DNA of 64,000 nucleotides. It comes from Candidatus Latescibacterota bacterium (GTDB lineage: Bacteria > Latescibacterota > UBA2968 > GCA-2709665). Where the stretch lies: NCBI GenBank assembly GCA_965219995.1, contig CBDCOX010000002.1, positions 2,784,001 to 2,848,000 of the forward strand, written 5' to 3'. Every line of letters starts with the position of its first letter. The first letter of the stretch is position 1. The translations under genes were made by a program, and so were the position numbers. Below, piece after piece: positions 8,347 to 17,894 of this stretch. The notes beneath the pieces were generated by a model. That model did not search any database. It was not told the DNA's origin and saw only the letters and a program-made list of their open reading frames with translations.

Positions 8347-10362
8347 GTGGACGCTGTTTCGGCGAAAACGCCCGAATGCGCGGGTTCGGCGTCGAACGAG
8401 AAGACCGCCGAGAGAGATGGTCTGACGCCGCGCGCGTTCGGAATCGGCCTCATCCTGTGCGTACTCATGTGCGTGGGTCTCACCTACAACCGCATGATCA
8501 CCCAGGGCTCCTTCATTGGCGGCGGGTACTACATGGACCGGGGCGCGCTGATTGTTCTGTTCGTCCTGGTCCTGGCCGTGAATCCGCTGCTGGGCGTGAT
8601 CAGGAACCGGTTCGCCCTGACGCGTGGCGAATTGCTCGCCATCTACACCATGTTTCTCATCCTCCTGCCCGCGTGGGTGATGACCAAGCCGGTGATCCTC
8701 TATACGACCGGCGTCACCTACCACGCGACGCCGGAGTTGCGTCACATCGAGGCCGTTCCCCCCCACCTGCTGCCATGGCTGGTGCCGCAGGGCGCCGAGA
8801 CGGTCAAAAAACTCTACGAAGGACTTCCCAGGGGAGGTTCGATCCCGTGGCTGGGATGGGTTCTGCCCCTGTGGAGCTGGGGGTCGTTCCTTATCGTGCT
8901 CTTCATCGTGCTGATTTGCCTGGGCGTGCTGATGCGGAGGCAATGGGAGGAACACGAACGGTTCGCGTTCCCCCTGATGCAGGTGCCGCTCGCGATGCTG
9001 GAGTCCGGAAAGGGCCGGATCGCGCCTGTTTTCCGCAGCCGGCTGCTGGCCGCCGGGTTCGCGATCCCGTCTCTGGTCGGCACACTACGGGGGCTCCGGT
9101 ATTACTTTCCAAACATTCCCGTCATCAACCTGGGCACGCACGTTCGCATCTTCCGGCGGACGATGGTACTGCCCTTCAAGGTCCATTTCCTTGTACTCGC
9201 ATATTCCTATTTCATCAATCTGGACGTGAGTCTCAGCCTGTGGGTGATAAACCTGGTTACCAAGGTGATTCGCGGCGCACTGGCGATGGTTGGCGCGGGC
9301 CAGACCTGGGGCGTGTCCGGTGTCGTGGGACGTTACAGTTCCCAGGGATCCGAATTTCTGGCGTTGATGGGGATGGGGTATATCCTCGCGCTGGCCGCGT
9401 ACAGCCTGTACGTTGCCAGGGGCCACCTCCAGCAGGTATGGGAGCAGGTCCGCGGCCGCCCCTCGCGCCTGCGAGACTCGGACGAAATCGTCTCCTACCG
9501 GTCGGCCGTGCTCGGCGTTGTTCTGGGTCTGAGTTACCTTGGACTGTGGCTCTATCAGGCGGGAATTTCGCCGCCGCTGGTTCTGTTTCTTCTTGTTTCC
9601 AGTCTCATCGTCTTCTTTGTGATGGCGCGGATTGTGAGCGAAACGGGATTTGTCGCGACCTACTCCCCCCTCAATCCGTCCGAGTTCGTGGTGTGCGCGG
9701 TGGGCTCCTCGGCGTTCGGTCCGACGGGCCTGGCCACGCTGGGGATCAGCTACGTGTGGACGATGACGCGCAGAAATACATTGATGCCGCACGCCATGGG
9801 CGCGTTGCGGCTTGCGCGCGAAATCGGAAGGAAGCGGGGGCTTGTCTGGGCAATGGGAGCGGCGCTGGTCCTGGGGCTCGTCGCCACGGGCTACACGACG
9901 TTGAGTTTCGGGTATACCCACGGCGGCGTGAACATCGACTATCCGTGGTTCAGCAACGTGAACGACGCAGCTTCGCCGTTCGACGAATTTATCGGACGCC
10001 GGCTGCTGGAACCCAGCCCGGTCTTCACGATGGGTTTCCTCTATACGGCCCTGGGTACCGGGGTTGCCGCCCTGCTGATTCTGCTCAGGATGCGTCTGCC
10101 CTGGTGGCCGTTCCATCCGGCCGCGCTGCCTTTGAGTACGGTGTGGTACATGGACTGGTTCGGATTCAGCGTGTTCCTGGCGTGGGGCATCAAGGCGATC
10201 ATTCTGCGGGTAGGCGGTGCGGACCTCTACCGAAAGACGCGTCCGTTCTTTATCGGGATGATCCTGGGCGAGGTCATCTGCTCGGGAGGTTGGTCGGTGG
10301 TAAGCGCCTTTACGGGACGGCTGAAAACCTGGCCATTCATGGGCTACTGGAGTTCGTCGTAA
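8347..10362 (+). CDS. DUF6785/DUF6784-like polytopic membrane protein (putative transporter), paralog 1
   Basis: 671 aa, many TM segments; EHERFAFP, WWPFHP and WGIK..ILRVGG..LYRK.RPFFIG motifs. Confidence 0.8.
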   Translation: MDAVSAKTPECAGSASNEKTAERDGLTPRAFGIGLILCVLMCVGLTYNRMITQGSFIGGGYYMDRGALIVLFVLVLAVNPLLGVIRNRFALTRGELLAIYTMFLILLPAWVMTKPVILYTTGVTYHATPELRHIEAVPPHLLPWLVPQGAETVKKLYEGLPRGGSIPWLGWVLPLWSWGSFLIVLFIVLICLGVLMRRQWEEHERFAFPLMQVPLAMLESGKGRIAPVFRSRLLAAGFAIPSLVGTLRGLRYYFPNIPVINLGTHVRIFRRTMVLPFKVHFLVLAYSYFINLDVSLSLWVINLVTKVIRGALAMVGAGQTWGVSGVVGRYSSQGSEFLALMGMGYILALAAYSLYVARGHLQQVWEQVRGRPSRLRDSDEIVSYRSAVLGVVLGLSYLGLWLYQAGISPPLVLFLLVSSLIVFFVMARIVSETGFVATYSPLNPSEFVVCAVGSSAFGPTGLATLGISYVWTMTRRNTLMPHAMGALRLAREIGRKRGLVWAMGAALVLGLVATGYTTLSFGYTHGGVNIDYPWFSNVNDAASPFDEFIGRRLLEPSPVFTMGFLYTALGTGVAALLILLRMRLPWWPFHPAALPLSTVWYMDWFGFSVFLAWGIKAIILRVGGADLYRKTRPFFIGMILGEVICSGGWSVVSAFTGRLKTWPFMGYWSSS

Positions 10363-10443
10363 TTCGCCCGCGGTGCGGATGCGGATCGGGCAACCCGGCG
10401 TACGAAGAATTATACCCAGGCCATACCTTTAAGGGAGAATGCA

Positions 10444-12465
10444 ATGTCAGAACGCGACCGGAAACTCCGCCGTGCCGCGCTGCTGCTCTTTCCGGATGCC
10501 GTGCTGAACGAGGAGACGCTCGACCGGATTGTCCGGGAAGGGTTCACCGACGTGGGCGCGGGCGTCACGGTCACGCCGGCGATAAAACAACAGGGCTTCA
10601 CGCTGGAACAGTCGGAGGGACTCGCCCGGATGTGCGAGGAACGGAACCTGGGATTCATCGCCTTCACCGGGTACATCAAGTATCAGGAACATCTGTTGGC
10701 GGAAGAACCCCACCGGCTGATGTATATGGTCGGCGATGACGGGGTCCTGGACCTGGACGGGCTTCCGGTCCGGTATCTGTGTCCTTTTCGGCCCGAGAAC
10801 AAGAGCCACTACCTCACCCTGCTGATGGAAATCTGCAACTGGCCTGCGGTGCGGGAAATCCACCTCAACGACGAAGCATGCCTCGGGTTCGGAGACGGCA
10901 CAATCGGCTGTTACTGCGCGTTCTGCGAGTCTGAATTCAGCAGACGGACCGGCGTCATGCCTCCCCGGGTTGCGGATTGGGATGACCCGTTGTGGTATAC
11001 ATGGCTGGAAAACCGCTTTGAAAACTGGGACGCGGTGCACTCAGAGTTTCGAAGCGCCATCAAAGACGTCCGTCCCGACGTGGTTGTGGGCATCCAGCAC
11101 AGTCCCGCCATCCCCGAGCGGAACTACAATGCCTGGCAGACGGCCATCCGCCTCGCCCGCGACGCGCGTTCACAGGACGTAATCGCCACGGACCCCTATC
11201 ATTTCAATCACGACGATCTCATTCTGCACCGGCCGCATCGCAGGATCCTCTCGGAGACCACGAGAAGCCTGATGGGCGCGTGCATGGGCCGGCAGGTGGA
11301 TATCTATCCCCAGGGCTTCATGCCGCCGGCACAGGCGGTGCCGATGGGCAGGCAGGACGGTCTGCTCGCCGGCGTGGTGCCGTTCGCGCTGGGCGCAGAC
11401 CTGGTGATGCCGTTCACTTACGAGCAGATGAAGATCATCCCGGGATTCTTCGAAGCGTTCGACGAGACCCGGCGCCTCTTGCCGGTGTTCGCGTCACATC
11501 GTCCTTACAGCTTCGCCACGATGCTGATGCCCCAGCAGTCCGAAATCACCGGCCACTACGAGTCGAATTGGGGACACGAGGGGTTGATTCAGATGGTCGA
11601 TATGGTCTATCGGACCGGATTGCCGTGGCGATGGTTCTGGGACGAGCGCCTGGACGACGCTGGCGACCAGCTCACGGGACCGGTGATCCTGCCCGAGGCG
11701 CATTGCCTCACACAGTCCCAGCTCGATTGTATCAACGCGGTTGCGGAACGCGGAGAGGGTCTCCTGTGGGTTGGCAACCGGCCGACCGCTCCATGGCCGG
11801 GCAATGGTCCGTGCAAACTGCCCTTTGAAATTGAGTCGGGCGCCTTTGAAGTCGACCTCTTGCGCAACCATCCGCTTACAGAGGACCTGGAACATCCCGT
11901 GATCCTGGCGACCCGGGTGGAAGGCGGGCATCCGGACGGGCAGGTGCTGGGGACCGTGGATGGCGAGCCGGCCCTGGTGCTGGTCGAGGAAGGGTCCCGG
12001 CGGGAGGCCTGGCTGGCGGGCATGCCTGCCGTGAAATATACGGGAGCCGTACCCGGCATGTCTTTTCTGGAGGAGACGTCCAACGTTGCGTTGCTGAGGA
12101 GACTGATCTTCTGGGCGGCCGGCCGAAGGCCCCTGGCGCGGCTGACTCCCTTCCCGCCCGTGGACGATTACCGAACGCTGCGGCCGACCGACCGGAGGGC
12201 TGTGCCCACCATCGAGTTGCTTCCAATGTTCGATGGTGACGATACCCTGCTCGCTATCGTCTTTCCATATACGCCGGTAAGGAGCCAGACAGCGCTGGAG
12301 ATCGTCCTTCCCGAAGGAAGAAGCGCGCAAGACGTCAACGAGATCTGGTCGGGCGCAAACTGGAACGACCGCGTGATATCGGCGAAAGACGGAACGATGC
12401 GGATACCCCTCGATATTCCCGGCGACTGCGACCTCCTGGCAATACACATACAGTTCGCAGGTTGA
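10444..12465 (+). CDS. GH42-like glycoside hydrolase, paralog of 3294-5396
   Basis: Shares FTG(Y/F)xKY, NDEA, CYCxxC, WxxVH and PT(I/V)E(L/I)xP with the 3294 protein. Confidence 0.7.
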   Translation: MSERDRKLRRAALLLFPDAVLNEETLDRIVREGFTDVGAGVTVTPAIKQQGFTLEQSEGLARMCEERNLGFIAFTGYIKYQEHLLAEEPHRLMYMVGDDGVLDLDGLPVRYLCPFRPENKSHYLTLLMEICNWPAVREIHLNDEACLGFGDGTIGCYCAFCESEFSRRTGVMPPRVADWDDPLWYTWLENRFENWDAVHSEFRSAIKDVRPDVVVGIQHSPAIPERNYNAWQTAIRLARDARSQDVIATDPYHFNHDDLILHRPHRRILSETTRSLMGACMGRQVDIYPQGFMPPAQAVPMGRQDGLLAGVVPFALGADLVMPFTYEQMKIIPGFFEAFDETRRLLPVFASHRPYSFATMLMPQQSEITGHYESNWGHEGLIQMVDMVYRTGLPWRWFWDERLDDAGDQLTGPVILPEAHCLTQSQLDCINAVAERGEGLLWVGNRPTAPWPGNGPCKLPFEIESGAFEVDLLRNHPLTEDLEHPVILATRVEGGHPDGQVLGTVDGEPALVLVEEGSRREAWLAGMPAVKYTGAVPGMSFLEETSNVALLRRLIFWAAGRRPLARLTPFPPVDDYRTLRPTDRRAVPTIELLPMFDGDDTLLAIVFPYTPVRSQTALEIVLPEGRSAQDVNEIWSGANWNDRVISAKDGTMRIPLDIPGDCDLLAIHIQFAG

Positions 12466-12500
12466 ATGCTTTCAAGCCGCAGTCCGGAGGTGCCCAACGA

Positions 12501-14480
12501 ATGGCTCAGGCAGCCCGAGTGGTCACGTCGGATGTCCGAAAAACGGCCGGGTCGACCGAAGACGGTCTGTCGTGCCGGGCGTTCCTGATCGGACTGGGGT
12601 TGTGCGCCCTTCTGGGGGTCTGGCTGACGTACAACCGGATGGTGGTCCAGGGGCCGTTTATGGGCTGGTACTTCCTGGACCGGGGCGTGCTGTTCGTCTT
12701 TTTCTGTCTGGCTGTACTGATCAACCCCCTGCTCGGTCTGCTGAAACGCCGCTTCGCCCTGGGCCGGGGCGAGTTGCTGGCCATCTACGCGATGCTGCTG
12801 CTCCTGATGCCCGCATGGGCGATGTGCAAGGCATTGCTCGGGTTCATGACCGGCGTCACCTACTACGCCTCCCCGGAGATGCGCCACCTGGAGGCCGTCC
12901 TGCCCTATTCGCTGCCGTGGCTGGCGGTCCTGGACGCCGAGCCGGTCAGGTGGCTGTACGAAGGCCTGCCGAAGGGAGGTTCCGTCCCCTGGTGGGCGTG
13001 GGTGGTCCCTCTATGGAGTTGGGGTTCGTTCCTGGTCGCGCTGTTTGTGGTACTGGGCTGTGTGGCCGTCATCCTGAGAAAGCAGTGGGAGGAACACGAA
13101 CGGTTCGCCTTCCCGATCATGCAGGTCCCCCTCGCGATGGGCGAGCGTGGAGAAGGTCTGATGGGACCGCTGTTCCGTGGCCGGATGATGTGGTCGGGTT
13201 TTGCGGTTCCGTTCGGCATCGGCTCCATCAACGCACTGCACAGCTATTTCCACACGCTGCCCCGGATAAGCCTGCGGGCGATGATCTGGGTCTTCAGGCG
13301 CGCGATTCCGCTGTCGATAAGGCTCAACTTCGCGCTTCTCGGCTATGCGTATTTCGTGAACCTGGACGTGAGTCTCAGCATCTGGCTCCTCAATGTCATC
13401 GCCAAATGCATCAACGGCGCGTTCGTCATGCTGGGCGCGGAACGATACGGCGTATCCGGGATGGTGGGACGCCACAGCTCCCAGGGCTCGGAACTCCTGG
13501 CGTTTATGGGAATGGGGTACATGCTGGCCCTGGCCGGGTACAGCCTTTGGATTGCCCGGGGGCATTTGAAGGCTGTCTGGGCAAAGACGCTGGGTCGCGG
13601 TTCGAGCCTGGACGATTCGGTGGAGGTGCTCCCCTATCGCACGGCGGTGGCTTGTGTGTTCGTGGGGACGCTGTATCTGGGATGCTGGCTATACCAGGCC
13701 GGGCTGCCGCCGCATGTGATCGCCATGCTGTTTGCGGCCTGCTTTGTCGTCTTTCTCGTACTCGCGCGGATCGTGAGCGAAACCGGCTATGCCGCAACCT
13801 ATTCTCCGCTGAATCCGTCCGAGTTTGTGGTCTGTGCGGTCGGGTCCTCGGCCTTCGGTCCCACGGGGCTGGTTACGAACGGACTGAATTACGTATGGAC
13901 GATGACGCGGCTGAATACGATGATGCCCCGTGCTTCCGCGGCGCTCCGGCTGGCGGGGGAAATGGGAAAAACCCGAGGCCTGATATGGGCGTTGGGCGCG
14001 GCCCTGGCCGTGGGTCTGGTCGTCGCCAGCCATACGACGCTGGATCTCGGATACGCCCACGGCGGACGAAACCTCGACTACTGGTTCCGCGACGTGAACG
14101 ACGCCGCCCTGCCGTTCGACGAATACGTGGGACGCCGCCTGCTGGATCCGAGCCCGGTCTTCTACGGGGGATTTGCATATACAGGATTGGGTCTCGGCAT
14201 TGCCGTGCTGCTCATGGTCCTGCGAATGCGCCTGCCTTGGTGGCCCCTGCACCCGGTGGCGTTGCCGGTCAGTACGATCTGGATGACGGAGCACTACTAT
14301 TTCAGCGTTTTTCTGGCCTGGGGGATCAAAGCGCTGGTGATGAAGTTCGGCGGGGCTTCCCTGTACCGGAAAACCAGGCCGTTCTTTATCGGGATTATCG
14401 TGGGTGAGGCGGTTTGTTTGGGAATGTGGAGCATTATTGACTATTTTACAGGGAAAGTCGGAAATATATCCCTGCTCTAA
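12501..14480 (+). CDS. DUF6785/DUF6784-like polytopic membrane protein, paralog 2
   Basis: Same motifs as paralog 1; GGAGG upstream of ATG 12501. Confidence 0.8.
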   Translation: MAQAARVVTSDVRKTAGSTEDGLSCRAFLIGLGLCALLGVWLTYNRMVVQGPFMGWYFLDRGVLFVFFCLAVLINPLLGLLKRRFALGRGELLAIYAMLLLLMPAWAMCKALLGFMTGVTYYASPEMRHLEAVLPYSLPWLAVLDAEPVRWLYEGLPKGGSVPWWAWVVPLWSWGSFLVALFVVLGCVAVILRKQWEEHERFAFPIMQVPLAMGERGEGLMGPLFRGRMMWSGFAVPFGIGSINALHSYFHTLPRISLRAMIWVFRRAIPLSIRLNFALLGYAYFVNLDVSLSIWLLNVIAKCINGAFVMLGAERYGVSGMVGRHSSQGSELLAFMGMGYMLALAGYSLWIARGHLKAVWAKTLGRGSSLDDSVEVLPYRTAVACVFVGTLYLGCWLYQAGLPPHVIAMLFAACFVVFLVLARIVSETGYAATYSPLNPSEFVVCAVGSSAFGPTGLVTNGLNYVWTMTRLNTMMPRASAALRLAGEMGKTRGLIWALGAALAVGLVVASHTTLDLGYAHGGRNLDYWFRDVNDAALPFDEYVGRRLLDPSPVFYGGFAYTGLGLGIAVLLMVLRMRLPWWPLHPVALPVSTIWMTEHYYFSVFLAWGIKALVMKFGGASLYRKTRPFFIGIIVGEAVCLGMWSIIDYFTGKVGNISLL

Positions 14481-14541
14481 TGACTGAAACGTCCATCTTT
14501 GATCGATCGAACGATCACTTTTTTTGTAAGGAGTCAAGACC

Positions 14542-15420
14542 ATGCTTTCCGGAGAACAGATTGATTTCTACCGTACCAACGGCTATCTGGGGGTGGAGGA
14601 CGTTCTCTCCCGCGACGAGGTCGAGGAACTTTGCCGGGTGACCGACGCGTTTGTCGAAGCGTCGAGGCAGGTCACCGAAACCGACAGCGTATTCGACCTG
14701 GAACCGGGCCATACGCCCGAATTCCCCCAGTTGCGCCGTCTCATAGACCCGTCAAAGCAGCACGACGCGTATGCCCGGGGCCTGCGCCACGAGAAGATAC
14801 TCGACATAACCGCACAACTCATCGGGCCCGGTATTCGGACGAATGGGGACAAGCTCAATATGAAATCCGCGGAGGTGGGCAGCCCCGTGGAATGGCACCA
14901 GGACTGGGCGTTCTACCCCCACACCAACGACGACCTGCTGGCCGTCGGCGTCGCGATAGACGATATGACCCTCGAGAACGGCTGCCTGCTTGTCGTGCCA
15001 GGGTCTCACAAGGGGCGCATCCACGACCACCACCTCAACGGTCGCTTTGCAGGGGCCGTTACCGAGCTTGATTTCACCGGCGAAGGCGCGGTCCCGATCG
15101 AACTCAAGGCCGGCGGCATTTCCATCCACCACGTCCGGACGCTTCACGCATCCGCCCCGAACACTTCCGGCAAGCCACGGCGTCTTCTGCTATTTATGTA
15201 TTGCGCGGTTGATGCATTTCCGCTGGTTCAACCGATCAATACCTGGGAGGAGTTCAACGGCAAGATTCTTCGCGGGGAACCCACACGCGAACCGCGCATG
15301 GTCAGCGTCCCGGTGCGGGTCCCGCTTCCTCCGGCGGAACGCACCGGATCCATATATGAAATTCAGACCATCCTCGAGGAGAGTAAGATGACCCCTGTCG
15401 AAGCCGGCGCCGGAAATTGA
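14542..15420 (+). CDS. Phytanoyl-CoA dioxygenase (PhyH) family protein
   Basis: KLNMK, WHQDWAFYPHTNDDLLAVG, ENGCL.VVPGSH and LHASAPN..RR motifs. Confidence 0.9.
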   Translation: MLSGEQIDFYRTNGYLGVEDVLSRDEVEELCRVTDAFVEASRQVTETDSVFDLEPGHTPEFPQLRRLIDPSKQHDAYARGLRHEKILDITAQLIGPGIRTNGDKLNMKSAEVGSPVEWHQDWAFYPHTNDDLLAVGVAIDDMTLENGCLLVVPGSHKGRIHDHHLNGRFAGAVTELDFTGEGAVPIELKAGGISIHHVRTLHASAPNTSGKPRRLLLFMYCAVDAFPLVQPINTWEEFNGKILRGEPTREPRMVSVPVRVPLPPAERTGSIYEIQTILEESKMTPVEAGAGN

Positions 15421-15467
15421 ACCCGCACGGTGCTCTCACAGAGAGGCTGGGCTGCCCATGAGTGATT

Positions 15468-15925
15468 AGCCGTCAGAATGAAGCGAAAATCAGCTCACAC
15501 GGAGACACGAAGACACAAAGAGAACCCGGAAGGCGGGGAGACGTTAGGCGTAAGAGGGGAGAGGAAATGAGTGCCCTAAAGGCGGGGAGACGTTAGACGG
15601 GAGATGATATCAGTGCCCAATGGTGTTTCTTGTCGTTACGATTACGGTAGAGAAACAGGCACGGTTAGCGTGAAAACACTGTGGTAACATTATCATCTAC
15701 CGTCTACCCTCTTACGTCTCACCGCTTTTCTTGCCCGATGCGGTTTCATTTCTCGCCGGAGGCATAAAGGTAGAACCAATCGGGCAAGGATGTCATCTAA
15801 CGTCTTACGTCTCACGTCTCTCCGGTTTTATTGCCCCGTGCGGGTTCATCGATTGCCGGAGGCAAAAAGGAAGAACCAAACAGGCAATAATGTCTTCTAA
15901 CCTCTCACGTCTAACGTCTTACCCC
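15468..15925. repeat. Composite intergenic repeat, copy 2, with tandem 100-nt hairpin units and heptamer runs
   Basis: Modules shared with 1050-1424; units at 15731 and 15831 with 100-nt period; AGACGTT/AGGCGTA heptamers on the left, complementary TCTAACG/TCTTACG/TCTCACG on the right. Confidence 0.8.
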
Positions 15926-15944
15926 CGGAAAGGGGGTTAGGTCG

Positions 15945-17867
15945 GTGGCGGAGTACACACGAGACGGACTGACGGGCAGGGCTTTTCTGATCGGCCTCGT
16001 CCTCTGCCTCGGTCTGGCACTGGCCATCCCGTACAACCGCATGGTGATCCAGGGCACCTCGCTGCACTATTATTTCGTGGACCGGGGCATCCTGTTTGTT
16101 TTTCTGTTTCTTATCCTCATCTGTAACGTCGTCCTCAAGCCGGCGCGCTCGCTGAAGCGAGGAGAACTCCTGTGCATCTTTTCGATGTTGCTGGTGTCCA
16201 TGCCCGCCCTGTGGATGGTCAAGTGGCTCATCGCCTTCCTCACCGGTGCAACCTACTACGCCTCTCCGGAGCGTCCAGACCTCGAGGCGGTGCTGCCCCA
16301 TATTTTGCCGTGGACGGCCCCACGTAACGCGGAGGCGGTACGAGGGTTCTACGAGGGGCTTCCGCAGCATGTTCCCCTGCCCTGGCTGGCCTGGCTGGCC
16401 CCCCTGGCGAGTTGGGGTTCTTTTTTTCTTGTATTGTTCGGAGTGCTGGTATGCATCGCCGTGATCTTTCGCAAACAGTGGGCCGAGCACGAGCGGTTTG
16501 CGTTCCCGATTCTGCAGGTGCCGCTGGAAATGGCCGAAACCGGAGACGGGCGGCTGGGTCCGCTGTTCAGGAACCGGTTGATGTGGGCGGGGTTCGCGAT
16601 TCCACTTCTGATCGGTACCATCAACGGGTTGAATCACTATTTCCATACGCTGCCCCGAATCCAGATGGGAACGATGCTCACGATCTTTCAGGGAACGACC
16701 CCGTTGCCCCTGAGGATGCACTTCGCAATTCTCGGGTATTCCTACTTTGTAAACCTGGACGTGAGCCTCAGCATCTGGCTTTTCAACGTGATCTCCAAGG
16801 TCATCAGGGGAACGCTGGCCGTTGTGGGCGCGGAGGTTACGGACGTGTCCGGGATGGTGGGCCGGTTCAGTTCGAGGGGCTCGTCGTTTCTCGCACTGAC
16901 GGGGATGGGGTATATGCTGGTGCTGGCCGCTTACAGCGCGTGGACGGCGCGGGGCCACCTGCGCGGGGTCTACGCCAGGGCGATGGGGAAGTCGGCGGCG
17001 GCCGATGATTCCGATGAAGTGATCTCCTACCGGGCGGCCGTATTCGGCACCCTGGGCGGCCTGGTTTATCTCGGGTGCTGGCTGCACCAGGCGGGAATCT
17101 CGTTCGTATTGATCCTGTTTCTGTTTTTTTCGTGTATCGTTGTCTTTTTTGTACTCTCCCGGATTGTGTGCGAGGCGGGGTTCGTGGCCACGTATTCGCC
17201 GATCAACCCCGCCGAGTTTGTGGTTTGCGCGACGGGTTCGTCGGCCTTCGGTCCGGCGGGTCTCGTAACGCTCGGGTTCGGATATGCCTGGACGATGACT
17301 CGTGTTAGCAATGTGATGCCCCGTGCGATGGGGGCGCTGTGGCTGTCGAGGACAATGAGACGCAGGCGCGGCCTGATCTGGGCGATGGGAGCGGCGATGG
17401 CGGTTGGACTGATCTGCGCGAGCGCGTTGACCCTGGACCTGGGCTACGCGCGCGGCGGACTGAACCTGGACCGGCACTTCCGTGATTATTCGCGCATTCC
17501 ATTCGATGCCTTTGTGGGTTCGCGCATGCTGGAGCCGAGTCCCGTATTCGCGAAGGGTATGGTATATACCGGACTCGGGATGGGGGTTGCGGGTCTGCTG
17601 ACCCTGCTGAGAATGCGGCTTCGATGGTGGCCGCTACACCCCGTGGCGCTGCCGTTGTGTACGATCTGGTACACGGATACGTATTTCTTCAGCGTGTTCA
17701 TGGCCTGGGCAATGAAAGCAATCGTCTTGAAATTCGGCGGCGCGACGCTCTACCGCAGGACACGGCCCCTGTTCATGGGGGTTATCCTGGGGGAGGCCAC
17801 TGGCGCGGGTGTGTGGGTCATCGTGGACTATTTCACGGGGACGATCACCAACAGGATCTTCATATAG
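15945..17867 (+). CDS. DUF6785/DUF6784-like polytopic membrane protein, paralog 3
   Basis: 640 aa; EHERFAFP, NLDVSLS, EFVVCA.GSSAFGP and WWPLHPVALP motifs. Confidence 0.8.
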   Translation: MAEYTRDGLTGRAFLIGLVLCLGLALAIPYNRMVIQGTSLHYYFVDRGILFVFLFLILICNVVLKPARSLKRGELLCIFSMLLVSMPALWMVKWLIAFLTGATYYASPERPDLEAVLPHILPWTAPRNAEAVRGFYEGLPQHVPLPWLAWLAPLASWGSFFLVLFGVLVCIAVIFRKQWAEHERFAFPILQVPLEMAETGDGRLGPLFRNRLMWAGFAIPLLIGTINGLNHYFHTLPRIQMGTMLTIFQGTTPLPLRMHFAILGYSYFVNLDVSLSIWLFNVISKVIRGTLAVVGAEVTDVSGMVGRFSSRGSSFLALTGMGYMLVLAAYSAWTARGHLRGVYARAMGKSAAADDSDEVISYRAAVFGTLGGLVYLGCWLHQAGISFVLILFLFFSCIVVFFVLSRIVCEAGFVATYSPINPAEFVVCATGSSAFGPAGLVTLGFGYAWTMTRVSNVMPRAMGALWLSRTMRRRRGLIWAMGAAMAVGLICASALTLDLGYARGGLNLDRHFRDYSRIPFDAFVGSRMLEPSPVFAKGMVYTGLGMGVAGLLTLLRMRLRWWPLHPVALPLCTIWYTDTYFFSVFMAWAMKAIVLKFGGATLYRRTRPLFMGVILGEATGAGVWVIVDYFTGTITNRIFI

Positions 17868-17894
17868 GCGGCCGTTGGCGAAATGGGAGGCACG

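Noticed and set aside
8376-10739. 787-aa alternative-frame ORF (and similar long ORFs such as 12572-14407, 1769-3217, 15897-17477)
   Set aside because: Arg/Gly/Pro-rich shadow frames overlapping well-supported genes; expected in high-GC DNA
15468-15925. Possible CRISPR array
   Set aside because: Units are degenerate and about 100 nt long, there are no unique spacers of constant length, and no cas genes are present
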